From contig JAMDAY010000007.1 of NCBI GenBank assembly GCA_023484515.1, positions 50,179 to 114,178 on the forward strand: a stretch of DNA of 64,000 bases. Reading direction: 5' to 3'. Origin of the DNA: Patescibacteria group bacterium. GTDB taxonomy: Bacteria > Patescibacteriota > Doudnabacteria > UBA920. This document shows positions 59,220-64,000 of the stretch, piece after piece. How positions within the stretch are numbered: the stretch's first letter is position 1; every line of letters begins with the position of its first letter. The position numbers and the translations under genes were made by a program. The notes beneath the pieces are model-generated. The model was not told where the DNA came from, ran no database searches, and saw only the letters and a program-made list of their open reading frames with translations.

Positions 59220-59927
59220 TTATCCGCCCCACCTCGAAAAGTGCATAAGGATTTTGTTCTGCAGCCAAGCGGCTGCGTTTTTGTTTGACGGCCGCGGCGT
59301 CAGCCAGTATGTCCCTGTCTCAACAGTAAACATCACGATAAGCAGCCATACTTCGGGTTTTACCATAAACAGCCACCACAAGACCGTGGTGCCGTAAACG
59401 CCAAAGAGATGGATGAACGGCTGGCTTTGCCAGCCAAACTTCACCGGCCAAGTGTAGACAGACTCTTTCCCTTGCGCATCTTCCGCAGCATCGCGCCAAT
59501 CCCCAAGCCAATTGCGAACAGCGGTCGCGATCCCGACAGCCCACGGCAAGATGCTGCCAAAACCGGTAAGAGACGCCACAATCGCAAAAGATTGGATTCC
59601 GCGCAGGAATGGGGAAACTAGCCCCCATGGCCGCTGCTTCTTTCGGGTATAACAAACCGAGCAACCTACAAAAATACACCCTGCCAGGATGTCCTTCCAA
59701 CATATAAGACCAAGCAAAAGAAATAACCACGCTCCTTTATCCGAAACAGATTCACGCCCCTTGTCATGATGCCGTGACTCCAGATAGGCGAGAAAACCAA
59801 CTCAGAGAAACACCGCGCCCCAGAACCGAAGCTTGTCCGGAGAGGTTCCTGCCGCGCCCAGCATGAGCGTTAAATCGGCCAAGGAATACACCCGCAACTG
59901 ACCTAAGTAATTAACGGCCTTTTTCAT
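59220..59927 (-). pseudogene. UbiA prenyltransferase-like gene with in-frame TGA at codon 42
   Basis: ATG 59927 with SD AAGGAGG; frame continues through TGA (59804-59802); RNWLGDWRDAAED...TWPV motif. Confidence 0.7.
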
Positions 59928-60293
59928 TCCTCCTTCTCCTTTCGCGTATCCCCGCCGGGTGTTTTTGTTTTAACGGAGAAGAATAGCAAAAAATAGATAT
60001 ATTGACAATTGAATTCCACTTATAATATAATATATTTAGCCTTAAGTAAGGCTTTTTTATTTCTTTTGATTAGATTTGTCAGAATAGGTTGACACTTGTT
60101 CGCTGACAAATCGACACGCTACAATAGTTGTAGTTAGCCCATTTATGGGCTGTCCTTTAACAGCTGATAAATCAGCTAACTACAATTACTGCACCCTCTC
60201 TGTCACCCGAAGGGTGACATCTCCCCTAAGGGGGAGGGTTCCGCAGTTTCCGCGATCCGTGTTCATCCGTAATCTATCCGTATTAATCATCCA

Positions 60294-61079
60294 ATGGATT
60301 ATAAGGTTACTGAACAATTACAATCTCTAGGCCTACAAAAACATGAATCCCAAGTCTATTTGGCGCTTTTGGAACTGGGGCAGGGGACTGTTAGCGACAT
60401 CAGTAAGACAGCCCAACTAAACAGAACAACTGGATACGATATATTGGAAAGATTGTCTCTTTACGGGCTGGCCAGCAGAACTACGCGAGACAATAAAAAA
60501 ACGATGTACATTGCCGAGCCGCCGCACCGCCTTAGGCAGTATTTGGAAAACAAAAAACACCAGGCAGAAAGGCGCCTGGCGGACGTCCATGATTTAATCC
60601 CCGATTTGCAGAACCTTTACAAAAAAGAAAACAAACCGGTTATTAAATTCTTTGAAGGCCGGGAAGGCATTAAAAATATTTATTGGCATACGCTGGAAGC
60701 GAAAAGCATAATCTATTCCGTTCTGGATTTAAGCGTGTATTTACCGGAGTATGACCTGTTTGGCAAGGACTATATCCGCCAACGGTCAAAACTCGGCGTA
60801 AAAGAAAAAGCCCTGGTCTTAAAAAACAAAGAAGGTGAGGAGTTTTATGACACTACCTATAAAAATAATCCATTATACCAAAAATTTACCGAATACCGCT
60901 GGCTGGAAAAACAATTTCCTTTTACGCCTGCGGCTGAAGTCAACATTTATGACGATATGGTAATGGGCGTACTGGCCAAGCCAGGCGAAAACGCGGCGTT
61001 TGAAATAAAAAATCCTTCCTTTGCTAATTCTTTAAAAATTATTTTTGAACTGGCCTGGGAACAGGCAAAATCATTATGA
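60294..61079 (+). CDS. TrmB-family HTH transcriptional regulator (paralog 3)
   Basis: LGLQKHESQVYLALLELG...LNRTTGYDIL, KPVIKFFEG, EVNIYDD. Confidence 0.88.
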   Translation: MDYKVTEQLQSLGLQKHESQVYLALLELGQGTVSDISKTAQLNRTTGYDILERLSLYGLASRTTRDNKKTMYIAEPPHRLRQYLENKKHQAERRLADVHDLIPDLQNLYKKENKPVIKFFEGREGIKNIYWHTLEAKSIIYSVLDLSVYLPEYDLFGKDYIRQRSKLGVKEKALVLKNKEGEEFYDTTYKNNPLYQKFTEYRWLEKQFPFTPAAEVNIYDDMVMGVLAKPGENAAFEIKNPSFANSLKIIFELAWEQAKSL

Positions 61080-61093
61080 CAAAAGGAGGCATT

Positions 61094-61967
61094 ATGCATA
61101 TTCCGATAAAAAAACTTAAAAACGGGTTTGAGATGCCGGGGTTTGGTATGGGAACTTATAAAATGGGAGAAGAAAACCGGGATCAAGACGATATAAACAC
61201 CATTAAAGCCGCAATTGATTTAGGCATTACCCATATTGACACCGCAGAGGCCTATGCTGACGGCAGTGCCGAAGAAATAGTCGGCAAGGCCATAAAAGGC
61301 CGCGTGCGTTCAGGCCTGTTCATTGTTTCCAAGGTCCAGGAAAGCCATTTAAATTACCAAGAAACCAAAACCGCTTTGCACCGCGTTTAAAAAGATTAGA
61401 AACCGGCTATCTTGACTTATACCTATTGCATCGCTATCCAGGCAGCGACAGCAAGCTGAAAGAATGCTTAAAAGCACTGGCAGAATTAAAAGACGAAAAC
61501 CTCATAAAAAATATTGGAATCAGCAACTTTAACCTGGAACATACCAAGCAGGCCTGCGAATGGTCCAAATACCCGGTGGTTGCTACCCAAGTCCACTACA
61601 ACTTGCAATTCCGCGAACCTGAAAAAACCGATTTGCTGGATTTTTGCCAAAATAATGACATAATGTTAATCGCCTGGCGGCCTGTAAATAAAGCATATCA
61701 AGCAAAAAATAAAATCAACTTCACCAAACCGGGTATTCCCGTTTTGGATGAAATTAGCAAAGAATATAAAAAGCCCCCTCCCAGGTTGCCATCAACTGGC
61801 TTATTTCGCAACCGAATGTGGTGACTTTAGTTAAAACCTCTAATCTTAATCATTTACGGGAAAATCTGGGAGCTATTGGCTGGCAAATGAGCGCTGGCGA
61901 TATAGAAAAAATACGAAAGGGATTTCCAAACCAGCAGCCTGTTTCAGATACCGTGCCTTTAGCTTAA
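61094..61967 (+). pseudogene. Aldo/keto reductase with two frameshifts
   Basis: GMGT, HIDTAEAY, IVSK; then LKRLETGYLDLYLLH, IGISNF; then QVAINWL...HLRENL in successive frames; one base missing near 61384 and near 61772. Confidence 0.85.
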
Positions 61968-61968
61968 T

Positions 61969-62130
61969 GGGTCTGTTGCCGAATGCTATTTTGGCTGCAA
62001 TTTTAGAATTTCGGCATCTTGGCCAAAAAATTTTTTCTTCTTAGCCTGCGGCTAAACATCAAAAATTATTTTGACCAAGCTGCTCGGAATTCTGAAATTT
62101 CGCCTTAAAAGCGCATTCGGCAGCAGACCC
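61969..62130. mobile_element. 162-bp MITE-like element, copy 2
   Basis: Near-identical to 15439-15600; flanks TTAAT / TTAAC. Confidence 0.8.
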
Positions 62131-62202
62131 TTAACGCACTATTTACTTTTATTATCAAAACTCGCCCCGAGCAATGCACGGGGCGAGTTTTTAAAGTAGG
62201 GA

Positions 62203-62685
62203 TTATCTTTTTTGCCGAATTACCACTTTGCGGCGGGGATCTTCGCCAATAGAGGAGCTTTCCATGTCAGGGAAGTTTTCCTGCAGGTAAGCGTGGATAA
62301 AGCGGCGTTCGTAGTTGGGCATGGGTTCCAGGGCCACCGGCCGGCCCGTGCGCTTGCATTGTTCGGCCGCGCCCTTGGCCGTTTCCTTTAAATACCACTC
62401 GCGCTTGCGTTTGTAATCGTCCACATCCAAGCTGAACCAAAAAGGTTCCGGTCCCGCCGGCTGGCGGGTTAAGCGCCTGGCAACCAAGGCTTGGACTAAA
62501 ATTTGCAAAGCATGCAAGGTTGCGCCCTGGCGGCCTATCAGCAAATAGGAATCCGGGGAACTTATGTTAAAAATCAACCCCTTGGTAATGCTTTCCTCAA
62601 ACTCCACGCTGCCTTTTATGCCGCATTTACCCAAAAGTTCCTCAATTGCCTGCTTGGTTTGGTCAATCTTGCTGTAGTCAGTCAT
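62203..62685 (-). CDS. jag: Jag/KhpB RNA-binding protein (KH + R3H)
   Basis: LLIGRQGATL.ALQ, LEPM..YERRFIH, GEDPRR. Confidence 0.92.
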   Translation of the reverse strand: MTDYSKIDQTKQAIEELLGKCGIKGSVEFEESITKGLIFNISSPDSYLLIGRQGATLHALQILVQALVARRLTRQPAGPEPFWFSLDVDDYKRKREWYLKETAKGAAEQCKRTGRPVALEPMPNYERRFIHAYLQENFPDMESSSIGEDPRRKVVIRQKR

Positions 62686-62748
62686 ATTCTTAGTGATTAG
62701 TTGTTAGTTATTAGTGATTAGTCAAAACCAACCACCAATCACCAAAAA

Positions 62749-63447
62749 CTAAGCAGTCTTAGGCTGTTTGCGCATAATATAATACTGCTGGGCTACGGCA
62801 AACAAAGTGGTGACTATCCAGTATAAAGGCAGGCCGGCAGGCAGTTTTATGGCGACAATTACGCTGATTAGCGGCAAGACATAAGTCGTTTGGAAGCTCA
62901 TGGCCTTAGTGGTTGCATCTTGCCCCGCCACCTTGGGCATCATCATTTTAGATTGCCAAAATTGGGCCAACCCGGCAATTATTCCAAAGACCAAGCTCGG
63001 CTTAGACAAATCCACTAATCCTAAAAATTTGGGATTAATGGTGCCGGGATTCTGCACAAAAGAGTATAATCCCACTAAATGGCTGTTTAAAGCCCTGGCA
63101 AACACCTGGTAAAGAGCGATTAAAATGGGGAGTTGGATAACCAGCGGCAAACAGGAAGACAAGGGGTTTATCTTGTGTTCCTTATACAGCTCCATCATAG
63201 CCTTAGCCTGCCCCTCCTTGTCGTCCTTGTATTTTTCCCGGACTTCGTTCAGTTTGGGCTGAAGCGCGTTCATGGCCTGCTGGCTCTTTAAGGATTTGTG
63301 GAAGCTGGGAGCCAAAATCAGGCGGATTACAATGGTCAGCAATATAATGACCAAACCAATATCGTGCCCGGGCAAAATATTGTAAAAAAATACCAATAAA
63401 TTCAACAGCGGGCGGTATATAATGTCTTGATAAAGCGTAGAAAGCAT
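62749..63447 (-). CDS. yidC: Membrane protein insertase (short form)
   Basis: IILLTIVIRLIL.P, LQPKL, NPLSSCLP..IQLP, GL.LYW. Confidence 0.95.
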   Translation of the reverse strand: MLSTLYQDIIYRPLLNLLVFFYNILPGHDIGLVIILLTIVIRLILAPSFHKSLKSQQAMNALQPKLNEVREKYKDDKEGQAKAMMELYKEHKINPLSSCLPLVIQLPILIALYQVFARALNSHLVGLYSFVQNPGTINPKFLGLVDLSKPSLVFGIIAGLAQFWQSKMMMPKVAGQDATTKAMSFQTTYVLPLISVIVAIKLPAGLPLYWIVTTLFAVAQQYYIMRKQPKTA

Positions 63448-63453
63448 AATATT

Positions 63454-63726
63454 TTATTCGTTGGGGAGCAGGTCAACTTTCGCCTCGCTCCAAGGATTGC
63501 ATTTTAGAATTCTTTTTGAACCTAAGAACAGCCCTCTTATTAAGCCAAATTTAACAACCGCCTGCCTGGAATATTCGCTGCAGGAAGGATAGTGCCGGCA
63601 GTAGCCGTAAGGATAACGCGCCTTAAGCCAGCTATGGTCAGGAGACAACAGCAGTTGATACGCTTTGATCAGCAATACTGCCATGGCCGCTGGAAAGCTT
63701 ATTAATTTTTTTATAAAATTTGCCAT
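63454..63726 (-). CDS. yidD: Membrane protein insertion efficiency factor
   Basis: YQ..LSP, CRHYPSCSEY, RILKCNP. Confidence 0.95.
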   Translation of the reverse strand: MANFIKKLISFPAAMAVLLIKAYQLLLSPDHSWLKARYPYGYCRHYPSCSEYSRQAVVKFGLIRGLFLGSKRILKCNPWSEAKVDLLPNE

Positions 63727-63729
63727 AAA

Positions 63730-64000
63730 TCAAGTTTTTAGCAATCGGGCGGAAACGGCTAATTCCTTAAATTTTTCCAAATATTCCTTAGCGGGCAGTT
63801 TTTCCGCGGCCGGCTTAACCACCACGGCATAATCCCCTTCGGTGAGGAATAATAAGCGCATTCTGATAAATTCCCTAAGCAGCCGTTTTAACCTATTCCT
63901 CCTAACCGCCCTTTTGGAAACTTTGGTGGAAACTACTACAGTAAAACGGCTGCCCGAACCGGGCTTCCTTAAAAATTTAATGGTGAAATAAGGATTAAAA
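63730..64000 (-). CDS. rnpA: RNase P protein component (5' end outside window)
   Basis: Manual translation RFTVVVSTKVSKRAVRRNRLKRLLRE; upstream of yidD. Confidence 0.93.
   Translation of the reverse strand, partial: FNPYFTIKFLRKPGSGSRFTVVVSTKVSKRAVRRNRLKRLLREFIRMRLLFLTEGDYAVVVKPAAEKLPAKEYLEKFKELAVSARLLKT

Noticed and set aside
59802-59804. TGA recoding (genetic code 4 or 25) or selenocysteine
   Set aside because: TGA terminates genes at expected positions (rbfA, rnpA, the DAGK-like gene, O-antigen ligase) and long conserved genes have no internal TGA
61370-61790. Programmed frameshifting in the aldo/keto reductase
   Set aside because: Two separate shifts are needed and the first site has no slippery sequence; mutation or sequencing error is simpler

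Overview
Chromosomal window from a small-genome bacterium, most likely Patescibacteria/CPR. That assignment is an inference from the gene set: short IF2 and S1, an HTH-MurA fusion, three TrmB paralogs, a PaaX/Cas2-like protein and a tRNA-Ile(UAU). Housekeeping content includes murA, infB-rbfA-nrnA, a complete de novo pyrimidine cluster (prs, pyrD, E, F, C, carA, carB, pyrB), a speA-like decarboxylase, rpsA, gyrA, folC, rsmI-yebC-ruvC, tyrS, a class A PBP, jag-yidC-yidD-rnpA and seven tRNAs. Main observations beyond the gene list: (1) three TrmB-family divergons share a promoter geometry and leader motif and drive orphan cargo genes with strong Shine-Dalgarno sites, which housekeeping genes here lack; (2) a four-helix-bundle gene is framed by inverted 8-mer arrays, and several similar arrays occur with no gene inside; (3) a ~95-bp inverted-repeat element family, with one copy nested in another; (4) palindromic repeats inserted in frame into carA, carB, pyrC, rsmI, an O-antigen ligase and jag; (5) a 162-bp MITE-like element in two copies; (6) a LAGLIDADG gene abutting tRNA-Leu; (7) a LexA-like box in the promoter of a PUR/XPF-type pair; (8) an exact 648-bp tandem duplication; (9) unannotated microproteins and candidate sRNAs. 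All calls were made by eye without database searches.
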